Positions 8,767 to 16,691 of a stretch of DNA of 52,569 bases are shown piece after piece. A program made the position numbers and the translations under genes. The stretch is from a virus (lineage: Duplodnaviria > Caudoviricetes). How positions within the stretch are numbered: the first letter of the stretch is position 1; every line of letters starts with the position of its first letter. The notes beneath the pieces were generated by a model. It made no database searches. It saw only the letters and a list, made by a program, of their open reading frames with translations, and was not told the origin of the DNA. The stretch is from positions 1 to 52,569 of IMG/VR virus record IMGVR_UViG_3300012878_000049, one strand, 5' to 3'.

Positions 8767-9563
8767 TCCGCGTCCTCCTCTTCCTGCGCCTGCTCGGCTT
8801 CGGCAGCCGGCGGGTTCTTGATCTCGTCGATCTGCTCGGGCGTGAAGCGAGCCTTGGTCTGCAGCATCGCGATCAAGTCGTCGGCGGTCTTGTGGCCCTT
8901 CGCGACGATGTCCCACCACTTCGGCAGGTTGGCCGCGAAGTCGACATCCGAGTAGAGCGGCAGTTCTGCCGGCGTCGACGCTGCGACGGCAGGGCGTGAT
9001 CCCTCGCCTTGCGGCTGGATGTCCATGATCTCTTCCGCGATCGGCATGCCGCGGAGCACGTCGGGGAACACGTCGCGGAGCGCGAATGCACGCGCGCGCA
9101 TCTGGCGCATGCGCTTCGGGTACTGCGTCCACGGGCCTTGCTTGCCCTGCAGGCCGGCTGCCTTCGCATCGTCCATGCTGAAGGTGCGGATTTCCTCCGT
9201 CTCGCCGCGGCGCTTGACCCTGCAGGTCGCGACCTTCCCGTCGTCGGTTTCGGTGATGTACTCGCACAGCGGCGAGCTGCGCACGAGCGCGATCACCGCG
9301 TCACCCCACAGCGCGGGCCGGCCGTTGATGATCGCCAGGTTCTGCAGCGCCTGCAGGGGCTTGAGGCCGAGTTCCGCACCCCACTGCATGGCGATGAGGC
9401 AGTTCGCCGGCTTGCCCTTGAAGTCCTTCGGGACCAGGTCGCTCTCGGCGAGGTAGTCGCAGAACGTCAGGGCCTGCTCGAACGTCTGCGGGCTGAGGTC
9501 GAACTGCTGGCGCTGCTGCGGCGCGAGCGCGGTGCTCGGCTGCTGGTGCACGGGAAGGTTCAT
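8763..9563 (-). CDS. recT: RecT-family single-strand annealing protein
   Basis: GAELGLKPLQALQNLAIINGRPALWG, WTQYPKRMRQMRARAFALRDVFPDVL; adjacent to YqaJ. Confidence 0.88.
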   Translation of the reverse strand: MNLPVHQQPSTALAPQQRQQFDLSPQTFEQALTFCDYLAESDLVPKDFKGKPANCLIAMQWGAELGLKPLQALQNLAIINGRPALWGDAVIALVRSSPLCEYITETDDGKVATCRVKRRGETEEIRTFSMDDAKAAGLQGKQGPWTQYPKRMRQMRARAFALRDVFPDVLRGMPIAEEIMDIQPQGEGSRPAVAASTPAELPLYSDVDFAANLPKWWDIVAKGHKTADDLIAMLQTKARFTPEQIDEIKNPPAAEAEQAQEEEDAE

Positions 9564-9702
9564 GGTGATCTCCGATCGGTGGTCTGGCATCGCGCAGGCG
9601 CAACTCGGTCAAAGAGGGCGCCAGCCCGGTGGTTGGAATGGATCCCGGCTTTGCCCGGCCGGGGCGGGTAGAGCGGCGCCGGGGAAGCGCCGCGGGGTAG
9701 GT

Positions 9703-9799
9703 GGAGAGGGCCGGTGCTGATCTCCGGCACAGCTAAGGCACTGGCATGTTCACCTCGGCGGGATTGCCTACCCGCGCATCAGCCTGCGCATTCCTCTCC
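9703..9799 (-). ncRNA. C4 antisense-like structured phage RNA
   Basis: GGAGAGG/CCTCTCC closing stem enclosing AATGCGCAGGCTGATGCGC and a GCCGG-AGATCAGCA-CCGGC hairpin; resembles the C4 motif as recalled, not searched. Confidence 0.6.
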
Positions 9800-9806
9800 G
9801 TAGTCG

Positions 9807-10475
9807 TTACGCCGCCTCGGCGAGCCGCTTCATGTCGGCCAACGCGTCGTCATTGCTGCAGTAGAAATCAGGGACGCGTTCGAGCTTCGGGTCGCTGGCC
9901 TGGTAGATCAGCGCCGCTGCGGCCGGCGTTCCGAGCGCCCATTCCAGTGCGCGGCCGCCATCGCCCGCGAGCGTCACGACCCAGCCTGCTCGGCAATGGG
10001 CCGTACCGCATGCGTGGTGCCATGACTCCATCGCCAGAGCGCCGGGCTTTGACGCGGCGGTGTACACCGCTTTGTGGATGTCCGGAATGGTGATGGGGCA
10101 TGCGGCACCGCGCAGGACGGCACCGCGCAGGTCGGCATCGCTCAGGTCGGCATCGCTCAGGTCGGCACCGCGCAGGACGGCACCGCGCAGGTCGGCACCG
10201 CGCAGGTCGGCACCGCTCAGGTCGGCACCGCGCAGGACGGCACCGCGCAGGTCGGCACCGCTCAGGTCGGCACCGCTCAGGTCGGCACCGCTCAGGTCGG
10301 CACCGCGCAGGACGGCACCGCGCAGGTCGGCACCGCTCAGGTCGGCATCGTTCTCGTGTGCCTGCTTCACCGCAAATCCAAGCCGCGCGCCGTAGCTACG
10401 TCCGGCGACTTCAGCCGACAATTCGCACTCGAACTGCACGGCGCCGGTCCAGCGGTTCTTGATCTCGAGCTTCAT
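9807..10475 (-). CDS. Pentapeptide-repeat protein
   Basis: 16 A(D/V)L(S/R)(G/D) repeats; C-term [12 protein letters not shown] domain. Confidence 0.9.
   Translation of the reverse strand: MKLEIKNRWTGAVQFECELSAEVAGRSYGARLGFAVKQAHENDADLSGADLRGAVLRGADLSGADLSGADLSGADLRGAVLRGADLSGADLRGADLRGAVLRGADLSDADLSDADLRGAVLRGAACPITIPDIHKAVYTAASKPGALAMESWHHACGTAHCRAGWVVTLAGDGGRALEWALGTPAAAALIYQASDPKLERVPDFYCSNDDALADMKRLAEAA
10107..10346 (-). repeat. 15-bp tandem repeat, 16 units, coding the pentapeptides
   Basis: Near-identical units such as accgc(g/t)cagg(t/a)cggc on the + strand. Confidence 0.9.
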
Positions 10476-10996
10476 CAGGCGGCCTCCCTCTGCTCGTCCT
10501 CGGCGCCGGCCTTCGTCGGCGGCGTCAGCGTCAGCACGACTTCCTCTCGATCCCAGGCTTCGAGCAGCGGCTGGTAGTCGTCGTCCTCGATCGTCGTGTT
10601 GATCTTGATGACCAGTTCGCAGCTGCCGCCTTCGAGGAAGCCGACCGTGTCGATGACCAGCTCGGTATCGGCGAAGAAGAGCGGCTCGATGTGGTCCAAC
10701 AGCGACGCGATGTTGATCTCGTAGCCCTTGATCTTGATGCCGATCTTCTGGGGCTTGAGGTACGGCAGCTTCAGCGCGGTCAGGTTGTTGCCGTCGATCG
10801 GAAGCGTCTGCTGCTCACCCTTGCCGGGCTTCTCGTAGAACGCAGGGCGGAGCTTCGGATCGATGCTGTCGAGCAGCAGCGCGCTCGCGCCGAGCTTGAA
10901 CGTCAGCGTCGCGGCGGGAACCTTCTCCTCGCCGTGCTTCTCCTTGCGGAGATTCAGGTGCGAGTACTCGGCGTTCTGGGCTTCCAGCTGGAACAT
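10475..10996 (-). CDS. Phage hypothetical protein
   Basis: 173 aa, GAGG SD, coupled to the next gene. Confidence 0.8.
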   Translation of the reverse strand: MFQLEAQNAEYSHLNLRKEKHGEEKVPAATLTFKLGASALLLDSIDPKLRPAFYEKPGKGEQQTLPIDGNNLTALKLPYLKPQKIGIKIKGYEINIASLLDHIEPLFFADTELVIDTVGFLEGGSCELVIKINTTIEDDDYQPLLEAWDREEVVLTLTPPTKAGAEDEQREAA

Positions 10997-11037
10997 GGGA
11001 TACCTCGTCTGTGATGCCGGCCACCGCCGGCGGATGG

Positions 11038-11286
11038 TCAGGCGGCGGGACGGAACGGGCCGGGGCCGGTGCGCGTGGCGCTGGCATGCGGCGGTCGCAC
11101 GATGCGCAGCGCGGTCTCGGTGGGCGATTCCCAGTCCGAGGCCTCGCGCTTCGCCTGGCGGGCGAACTGCGCGGCGGTCGTGCGCGAGTAGCCGAGCTGT
11201 CGCGCGCGGTAGTGCGCGGCGTTCGCAACGGATGCTTCGCGGATGGCGACGGTGTCGCCGAACGGGGCGGTGAGCACTGCAGACAT
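11038..11286 (-). CDS. Small hypothetical protein
   Basis: GGAG SD before MSAVLTAPFG. Confidence 0.6.
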   Translation of the reverse strand: MSAVLTAPFGDTVAIREASVANAAHYRARQLGYSRTTAAQFARQAKREASDWESPTETALRIVRPPHASATRTGPGPFRPAA

Positions 11287-11294
11287 GACGACTC

Positions 11295-11612
11295 CTATGC
11301 GGCCTTCGGCCACGCGTGGGTTTCAGGGGACAGATCGGCGGGGAGGGGCACGTCGCTGATCACGCGCGCGCGAATCTCGCCGTAGCGCGCGGCGTGGAAG
11401 CCGGGGAATCGAGCCCAGCGGCGCGCATGCGACAGCTCGGTGATCGGGTCGGTCGGCACACAGCGCACCCAGCCGTCGACGCATCCATCCGCGCCGCACT
11501 CGACGGGGTATTCGGTCTGCGGGTCGCCGGAGGCGCTGTCGTTGCGCATGACCTCGCCGGCGCCGTCGCACTCGCGACAGATGCGGTGGGTCGGGGTGTT
11601 GCGCGCGGTCAT
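11295..11612 (-). CDS. Small protein with CxxCxGxG zinc-finger motif
   Basis: CRECDGAGEV...CGADGCVDGW. Confidence 0.65.
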   Translation of the reverse strand: MTARNTPTHRICRECDGAGEVMRNDSASGDPQTEYPVECGADGCVDGWVRCVPTDPITELSHARRWARFPGFHAARYGEIRARVISDVPLPADLSPETHAWPKAA

Positions 11613-11884
11613 GTGGCACCGCCGGTGACGCGGGCGAGGGCGGCGAGCTTGAGGCGCTTTGCCGCTGCAAGATCGTCGATGTCGCAGGGGTCTTCGTCGA
11701 ACCAGTTGCAGCCGTCCAGCAACTGATCCGACTCGATCAGCGCGGCCACGGCGGCATAGGCTTCCGACGACTCGTGTGCAGCCTCTGCGAGCGTCCCGCC
11801 CACGTATCCATGCGCCACTCTGTACGCCTCTGCGTGGGCTTGGTCTCGCTTCATCACCGCCAGCACATCGACGCCCGCGCTCAC
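11609..11884 (-). CDS. Hypothetical protein
   Basis: GTG start with 4-nt overlaps on both sides. Confidence 0.55.
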   Translation of the reverse strand: MSAGVDVLAVMKRDQAHAEAYRVAHGYVGGTLAEAAHESSEAYAAVAALIESDQLLDGCNWFDEDPCDIDDLAAAKRLKLAALARVTGGAT

Positions 11885-12096
11885 AACGCCACCGCCTGGA
11901 TGACGACAGCGCCACCGATGCCGACGATCAGGAACAGCAGGCGCGTCGCGATGACACCGCCCCGGCGTGAGCCGGTCCACGTGCGCACCGCGTCGCCGAG
12001 CGCGACAGATGCCCAGCCGGCGAGACACAGCCACGTCGCCACGTACAGCACCGTCAACGCCGCGAACATCATGTCGAGCTTGTCGTGCGCGTTCAT
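11881..12096 (-). CDS. Small two-TM membrane protein
   Basis: Two hydrophobic segments; coupled overlaps. Confidence 0.65.
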   Translation of the reverse strand: MNAHDKLDMMFAALTVLYVATWLCLAGWASVALGDAVRTWTGSRRGGVIATRLLFLIVGIGGAVVIQAVAL

Positions 12097-12293
12097 GCCG
12101 CGTGCTCGAGTTCGACGCCGACCGCGCGCGCCAGGTCTTCGCGATTCCTCGCCTCGATCGACTTGCGCACCCGCTGCATCGCCATCGAAGCGATCTGACG
12201 CTCGGCCGGCGTCAGCTCGAAGTCGATGCCGTCCTGCGCCGGCTCGCGAGCAGGCTGGTCGATGCGTTCGGTGATGGGCTGCCAGCGGTTCAT
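12093..12293 (-). CDS. Hypothetical protein
   Basis: ATGA overlaps at both ends. Confidence 0.6.
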   Translation of the reverse strand: MNRWQPITERIDQPAREPAQDGIDFELTPAERQIASMAMQRVRKSIEARNREDLARAVGVELEHAA

Positions 12294-12571
12294 GCCACCA
12301 CCTTCAGCGCAGTGCGCAGGCCGGCACGTTCCAGCAACTCCGCCACGCGCGCCTCGAAGTCGGCCGGCCGCTCTTCCAGCAGCGCCAGCGCCTCAGTGCC
12401 CAGCGCCAGCTTCCGAGCGTTCGCCGCGTTGCCAGCCGGGCACAGCTGCCGGCTCACGCAGCGGGCCACCTCAATCGTGCTGTCGTGGTTCCAGACCGTC
12501 ATACCGTGCGCCACGAACGGGCCGCGGGTCGGGTCGGAACTGGGGATGTGCTGGTCGGCGAGGGCGGTCAT
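12290..12571 (-). CDS. Hypothetical protein
   Basis: ATGA overlaps at both ends. Confidence 0.6.
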   Translation of the reverse strand: MTALADQHIPSSDPTRGPFVAHGMTVWNHDSTIEVARCVSRQLCPAGNAANARKLALGTEALALLEERPADFEARVAELLERAGLRTALKVVA

Positions 12572-13350
12572 GCCTGCTGCTCCGCACTGCGCCGTGTCTT
12601 CGATTCGAGATGCGCGGCAAGCTCGCTGTAGCTCTCCGCTAGCTCGGGATCGTCCGTAATGGCGGACGAGAGAAGTCGATACGAGCGCGCCAGCCTGGCG
12701 TTAGCCTTATCCTCGGCGTCATGGAATGGACCGACTGGCTGACCCTCGGAATCGCGTTGCTCGGCGCCGGCCTCGGTGTGTTCAACACCGTCAGCGGCTA
12801 CCGGCGGAAAACTCGCCGCGTCTGGCTTCGATGCGGCTTCGACAAACGCGCTCGGACCCGCGGCCAGCGCCTCTGGTGTGAGGTGGTAAACCCTGGTGGC
12901 GTACCGGTGACGGTCAGATCCGTCCGCCATCACGTCTTCGCAGAGGGCAAGCCTTACGAGATGCCGATCTACGGCGATGCTCAGCTGGAAGCTCAGCTTC
13001 GAGGCAGCTACGAACCAGGGACAGCGCGAACCGTTTTCGCATCGGCAGGCTACGAGCCACACTTTTCGATCACTCGACGCATCGAGGTCCGGACCGAGTG
13101 CGGACTGGTCGCCGTATACGCGGGCCGCAAACTCCGCCGGCTTGTAGAGGAACTCAGGCTCGCACTGGCGGCCGAATCCATATCGGCCAAGGGCTGAGCG
13201 GATACGACCGCCGGCCGCGTCGGCTAACTGGATGATGCGGACTTCGGGCCCGCGCCCATCGCGCCACAGCACATAGGTGGTAGCAGCATTCGCCAGCGCC
13301 GACGCGCTGACCGCTCCCAGAATCAACAGCTGCCCAGTCTCGGGGGACAT
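12568..13350 (-). CDS. First ORF of the leftward operon, spanning an antisense gene
   Basis: Begins just downstream of PL, has an N-terminal TM segment, and its stop overlaps the next ATG. Confidence 0.45.
   Translation of the reverse strand: MSPETGQLLILGAVSASALANAATTYVLWRDGRGPEVRIIQLADAAGGRIRSALGRYGFGRQCEPEFLYKPAEFAARVYGDQSALGPDLDASSDRKVWLVACRCENGSRCPWFVAASKLSFQLSIAVDRHLVRLALCEDVMADGSDRHRYATRVYHLTPEALAAGPSAFVEAASKPDAASFPPVAADGVEHTEAGAEQRDSEGQPVGPFHDAEDKANARLARSYRLLSSAITDDPELAESYSELAAHLESKTRRSAEQQA
12721..13197 (+). CDS. Antisense accessory protein with N-terminal TM anchor
   Basis: MEWTDWLTLGIALLGAGLGVFNT; TATCCT 7 nt before the ATG suggests a leaderless mRNA. Confidence 0.7.
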   Translation: MEWTDWLTLGIALLGAGLGVFNTVSGYRRKTRRVWLRCGFDKRARTRGQRLWCEVVNPGGVPVTVRSVRHHVFAEGKPYEMPIYGDAQLEAQLRGSYEPGTARTVFASAGYEPHFSITRRIEVRTECGLVAVYAGRKLRRLVEELRLALAAESISAKG

Positions 13351-13407
13351 CCGTCTGCGTCCAATGCCCCGGCTCGTCGTGAGCTGTGTCGTGGGGCGAT
13401 GGACGCA

Positions 13408-13446
13408 GTAAACCATCGTTTACAAAAAAGGTCAACAACAATTTAC
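13408..13446 (-). promoter_or_regulatory. OL operators (2 x 16 bp) overlapping the PL-like promoter
   Basis: GTAAACCATCGTTTAC at 13408-13423 and GTCAACAACAATTTAC at 13431-13446; minus strand reads TTGACC-17-TTTACT. Confidence 0.8.
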
Positions 13447-13536
13447 TTCAGGACTTTTGAGAGTTGGCGGTCAATGCACTGTGGAACGTCATGCTCGACG
13501 GCAGAGCAGAGGGATACCGCCCTGCGGCACGAATAG

Positions 13537-13545
13537 TTATCCACA
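13537..13545 (+). promoter_or_regulatory. Consensus DnaA box
   Basis: TTATCCACA in an intergenic region, with a degenerate copy nearby; function unverified. Confidence 0.35.
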
Positions 13546-13925
13546 GGTTGTGGGGTCGCGTGTCCACAGAAGACCGCCATAGACTGGGCTCCGCTACGCG
13601 GTTTGTTGATTTCTTTTTAGGAGGCGGGTGTTCACTACATTTAGCGTTGACGCTGCATGCGGCGCGACGCATCCTGATTCCCGTCGGTTCCGCGACCCCC
13701 ATCACGGAACCAGCTGCGCCCGAGCATCGCGGGCAAAGAAAAACCCCGCCGGCTGGAACCGAACGGGGTCGATGATTTTTCCCTTGTGTACAACGCGTCC
13801 AATGTGCTGGCCGCTGTCGTCAGGTAACCGCCTGCCGACGCCGCGGATAGTGGGGTAGGGAGAGCCTAGGCGTCAAGCCAGCTTAACCTCCGGCCGCACA
13901 GAGGCGCTCCAACTGGAGCTTCTAG

Positions 13926-14657
13926 ATGAACGATGTGAGTGAAGCATTTTCGATCACAGTGCAGAACATCGGCCCCGACCAGGTGCTGACGATCGATGCA
14001 CGGCAGCTGCATAGCTACCTTGGCGTGCAGACTCCCTTCAAAGACTGGATCACGCGGCGCATCGCCGACTATTCGTTCGAGGAAGGGAAGGACTTCTGCG
14101 CATTTCTGCGCGAAAGTACCGGCGGCAGGCCCGCTAGGGGTTACGCCATCAGCATAGACATGGCCAAGGAACTGGCAATGGTCGAGCGAACGGTGCAGGG
14201 CAGGATCGCCCGCCGTTACTTCATCGAGTGTGAGAAGCAACTGCGAGAGAGGTTTGCTCACGAAGCAGCAGTCAGCATTCTTCTGCTGCCGGCCCCGCGC
14301 GAGTGGAAGAGGCGTTTCGAACCGCCGTACTACCAGTCGTTGGCTCGCCTCATGGGGCTCAATTACAGCGGGCACGCTTCAGGCACACCCCCCGTGTTCG
14401 GCAAGATCACCGACGAGTGGGTCTATCAGGTTGTGCTCCCGGCTGAAGTCCTAGCGGACATGCGCGATCGGCGCGAGAACAGCCAGAAGCTGCACCAATG
14501 GCTCACGGACGGCGGATTGCAGAAGTTGGAGTTGCAGATCCTCCGTGTGATGGACCAGGCGGACTCGTCGTCGGGTTACCCGGACTTCAAAGCACGCTGC
14601 ATGCGCCTGTTCAAGAAACCTGGGCAGTTGGGTTTGATCTACCCGACCGCAGCCTAA
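13926..14657 (+). CDS. AntA/AntB antirepressor with C-terminal P63C-like domain
   Basis: IDARQLHSYLGV..FKDWI.RRI and DMAKELAMVE..G..ARRYFI; C-term WKRRF..YY, KLHQWLT. Confidence 0.88.
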   Translation: MNDVSEAFSITVQNIGPDQVLTIDARQLHSYLGVQTPFKDWITRRIADYSFEEGKDFCAFLRESTGGRPARGYAISIDMAKELAMVERTVQGRIARRYFIECEKQLRERFAHEAAVSILLLPAPREWKRRFEPPYYQSLARLMGLNYSGHASGTPPVFGKITDEWVYQVVLPAEVLADMRDRRENSQKLHQWLTDGGLQKLELQILRVMDQADSSSGYPDFKARCMRLFKKPGQLGLIYPTAA

Positions 14658-14668
14658 GGTCGAACGAG

Positions 14669-14694
14669 AAAGCCCCGCACTGCGGGGCTTTTTT
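14669..14694. terminator. Intrinsic terminator between convergent genes
   Basis: AAAGCCCCGC-ACT-GCGGGGCTTTTTT. Confidence 0.85.
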
Positions 14695-14700
14695 GTGGCA

Positions 14701-15045
14701 TCAACGAAACTCTTTCATGCAGCCTGAGAATGCTTTGTTCTGGAAGTCGACGACGTAGCGCTCACGGTTCTTTTCGACTGACATCCTGGGCTTCTCGTAT
14801 GCCAGCGCGATCAGCTCGTTCGTCATCGGGCCAAGCATGGGGTCCTCGTTATCGACCTTGGCCATCAGTTCCGACATGAGCGCGCCGTTCTGGCGAAGTG
14901 TCATGATCGAACCAGCCAACGACGATATCGACGTGCACACTTGCAAGCGCTCGGCGGCCGACGGCGCAGCAGCAGGATTTGGCGAGCCGTTCGAACAGGC
15001 GCACAAGAGAAGCACACTAACAGCTGCGGCGGTAGCACGGGTCAT
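14701..15045 (-). CDS. Lipoprotein co-transcribed with cI
   Basis: Signal peptide with LLCAC lipobox; last gene of the cI unit. Confidence 0.75.
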   Translation of the reverse strand: MTRATAAAVSVLLLCACSNGSPNPAAAPSAAERLQVCTSISSLAGSIMTLRQNGALMSELMAKVDNEDPMLGPMTNELIALAYEKPRMSVEKNRERYVVDFQNKAFSGCMKEFR

Positions 15046-15064
15046 CCTTGAATCCTCAGTCGGT

Positions 15065-15448
15065 TCAACAAGCAGGCAAGCAGTCCGCCAGGCTCGCGCC
15101 CATTTCTGCAGCGTCCACATAGCCGTGCATTCGGTCAAGCAGGTCTTCGAGTTGAGGGTCTGTGAGGTCGGACATGTACTGAACGCCCTTCATTTCCAAG
15201 AAATGGGTGATCGCTGATTTCCAGTTGTGAGTATCAGCAATACGGACAACTGCGCGCATGGTCTTTGCTCGGTCCGAAACATCAACCGGCTGAAATTCTG
15301 CGTCTTCCAGAGAGCGGCGTTCTGATGCTGGCTGCTTAGCCGGCTTTTCGCTTCCGACCAGCCGCAACTCGGTCTTTTCCCCCAGCTTCCGCCTGGCGCG
15401 AAGAGCGATCAGCTCCGCCATCCGATCCAGCCTTTCCGACCTTTCCAT
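15065..15448 (-). CDS. Hypothetical protein downstream of cI
   Basis: AGGAG/AAGG SD upstream; overlaps the cI 3' end. Confidence 0.7.
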   Translation of the reverse strand: MERSERLDRMAELIALRARRKLGEKTELRLVGSEKPAKQPASERRSLEDAEFQPVDVSDRAKTMRAVVRIADTHNWKSAITHFLEMKGVQYMSDLTDPQLEDLLDRMHGYVDAAEMGASLADCLPAC

Positions 15449-15890
15449 CCACCTTCTCCTTCCGCGATTTGAACTTGAGCGCAAAGCGCTCTACATCGCT
15501 GTCGGAGACGGCTTCGATGTTCTGGTCTAAAACCTCATCGATCGCCAGCGCGAAAAATTCAGCGTCATCCTCGGTCTCTATGGCGAAGTGGCCGCCGCCT
15601 CCCTTGAGGGAAGCTCCGGTTGCCAAATGGACAGCGGCGGCAATCGTGTCCTTAGACAGTCGCGCAGGCTGAGACGTTTGCCGAACCGGCCCCTTGCCGG
15701 TGATCAGCCATTCCAGATTGACTCCGTAGTGCCTGCTCCAGTTGTAGAGGAACAGGCCGCCAGGGACCTTCGTGACGCCCTTTTCAATTTGGGACGTACT
15801 TTGCTTGGTCGTACCCGCGATCTTCCCGGCCTGCTCTAACGTCAGGCCAGCACCATCCCGCAGTTCTTGAAGTCTTTTGCCTACGCTCAT
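15336..15890 (-). CDS. cI: CI-like XRE HTH repressor lacking an S24 peptidase domain
   Basis: GKRLQELR..AGLTLEQAG..TKQSTSQIEKG..VNLEWLITGKG; divergent from cro. Confidence 0.85.
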   Translation of the reverse strand: MSVGKRLQELRDGAGLTLEQAGKIAGTTKQSTSQIEKGVTKVPGGLFLYNWSRHYGVNLEWLITGKGPVRQTSQPARLSKDTIAAAVHLATGASLKGGGGHFAIETEDDAEFFALAIDEVLDQNIEAVSDSDVERFALKFKSRKEKVDGKVGKAGSDGGADRSSRQAEAGGKDRVAAGRKRKAG

Positions 15891-15961
15891 GTCAATCAGT
15901 GTTGACTGAGGCGGGTAAATAGTGGTTGACCTCCTGCCGTAAACGATGGTTTACTGCGCCA
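15891..15961 (+). promoter_or_regulatory. OR: three 16-bp operators at 24-bp period with a PR-like promoter
   Basis: GTMAA-N6-TTKAC at 15891-15906, 15915-15930 and 15939-15954; TTGACC-18-TTTACT. Confidence 0.85.
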
Positions 15962-16177
15962 ATGAACGAACCCCTGACGAAGAAGGCAGTACGCGAGGCT
16001 CTCGGTTTTCAGTTTGACCGTGAGCTGGCCCAGTTCTTTGACACCACGAAGCAGGCGGTCAGCCGCTGGGGTGAGGACGAGCCGCTGCCTGACGGTCGTC
16101 AGTGGCAGGCGAGGGCGCTCCGCCCCGACGTTTTTGGAGTGGCGCCGTCCTCGGCCGTGCGTCAGGAGGCCGCATAA
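15962..16177 (+). CDS. cro: Cro-like repressor
   Basis: ELAQFFDTTKQAVSRWG..LPDGRQWQ; position divergent from cI. Confidence 0.85.
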   Translation: MNEPLTKKAVREALGFQFDRELAQFFDTTKQAVSRWGEDEPLPDGRQWQARALRPDVFGVAPSSAVRQEAA

Positions 16178-16378
16178 ATGGCCGCTCGCGACTTCACCCG
16201 CTTCGAGCCGAATCCCGACGAGTCCGTCGAGGCCGTGGCCGCGATCATCACAGTCTGGGCCAACGAGCGGAACCTCACCGGCGCCCAAGTCCGCATGATC
16301 TTCGAGGGCGGAATGCTCGCCTCGCGCGCATTCCTGACCGATCTGATGCCCGCGGAGTTCAGCGGGGAGGGCGGCTAG
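16178..16378 (+). CDS. Hypothetical protein
   Basis: GGAGG SD; abuts the cro stop. Confidence 0.6.
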   Translation: MAARDFTRFEPNPDESVEAVAAIITVWANERNLTGAQVRMIFEGGMLASRAFLTDLMPAEFSGEGG

Positions 16379-16587
16379 ATGAGCCTGAATTTCCGCCCGG
16401 TCTCGATCCCGACCCATCCGTCCTCTGACGGGTTGAGGTGCTCGCCGTCCAGCGTCCGATACGTCGGCAGGGACGTGAAGCTTGCCGCACCCCGGAAGGT
16501 GCTGGCGTCCCTCTGCGAAGTGGTGCGGACGATCTTCGTCGCGTTGCCGCTCTCGTCCTCGGCGTCCAGCCTTTCGACCTTGCTCAT
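16375..16587 (-). CDS. Antisense accessory hypothetical protein (70 aa)
   Basis: CAGGAGGCCGAC-ATG; TAGGCT -10-like element at 16624-16629. Confidence 0.7.
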   Translation of the reverse strand: MSKVERLDAEDESGNATKIVRTTSQRDASTFRGAASFTSLPTYRTLDGEHLNPSEDGWVGIETGRKFRLI

Positions 16588-16690
16588 GTCGGCCTCCTGC
16601 GGCCTCTCGGTTGTGGTATCGGGAGCCTACCGCAGGAGTGCCGGCGCCTACCGCGGCGCGCCCGCTGCCGACCAAGCCAAGGCCGCCTGA
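16379..16690 (+). CDS. Operon-strand bridging ORF
   Basis: ATG abuts the previous TAG; stop is 1 nt before the next ATG. Confidence 0.4.
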   Translation: MSLNFRPVSIPTHPSSDGLRCSPSSVRYVGRDVKLAAPRKVLASLCEVVRTIFVALPLSSSASSLSTLLMSASCGLSVVVSGAYRRSAGAYRGAPAADQAKAA

Positions 16691-16691
16691 C

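Noticed and set aside
7007-9267. Long N-terminal extensions of ORFs 6710..8512 and 7003..9267, and plus ORF 7282..8955
   Set aside because: Arg-rich off-frame readings over YqaJ and RecT; real starts are at 7006 and 8766
9703-9799. Possible tRNA gene
   Set aside because: Has a T-arm-like hairpin but lacks TTC loop consensus, a proper anticodon arm and CCA; fits a C4-like RNA better
10107-10346. Possible CRISPR array
   Set aside because: Contiguous 15-bp units with no spacers, in frame within a pentapeptide gene; no cas genes
13448-13858. Short ORFs on both strands in the PL-ant interval
   Set aside because: No SD, motif or coupling support; treated as regulatory DNA
13740-13925. LexA box upstream of the antirepressor
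   Set aside because: No convincing match by eye to CTGT-N8-ACAG or to the Xanthomonadales-type boxes as recalled
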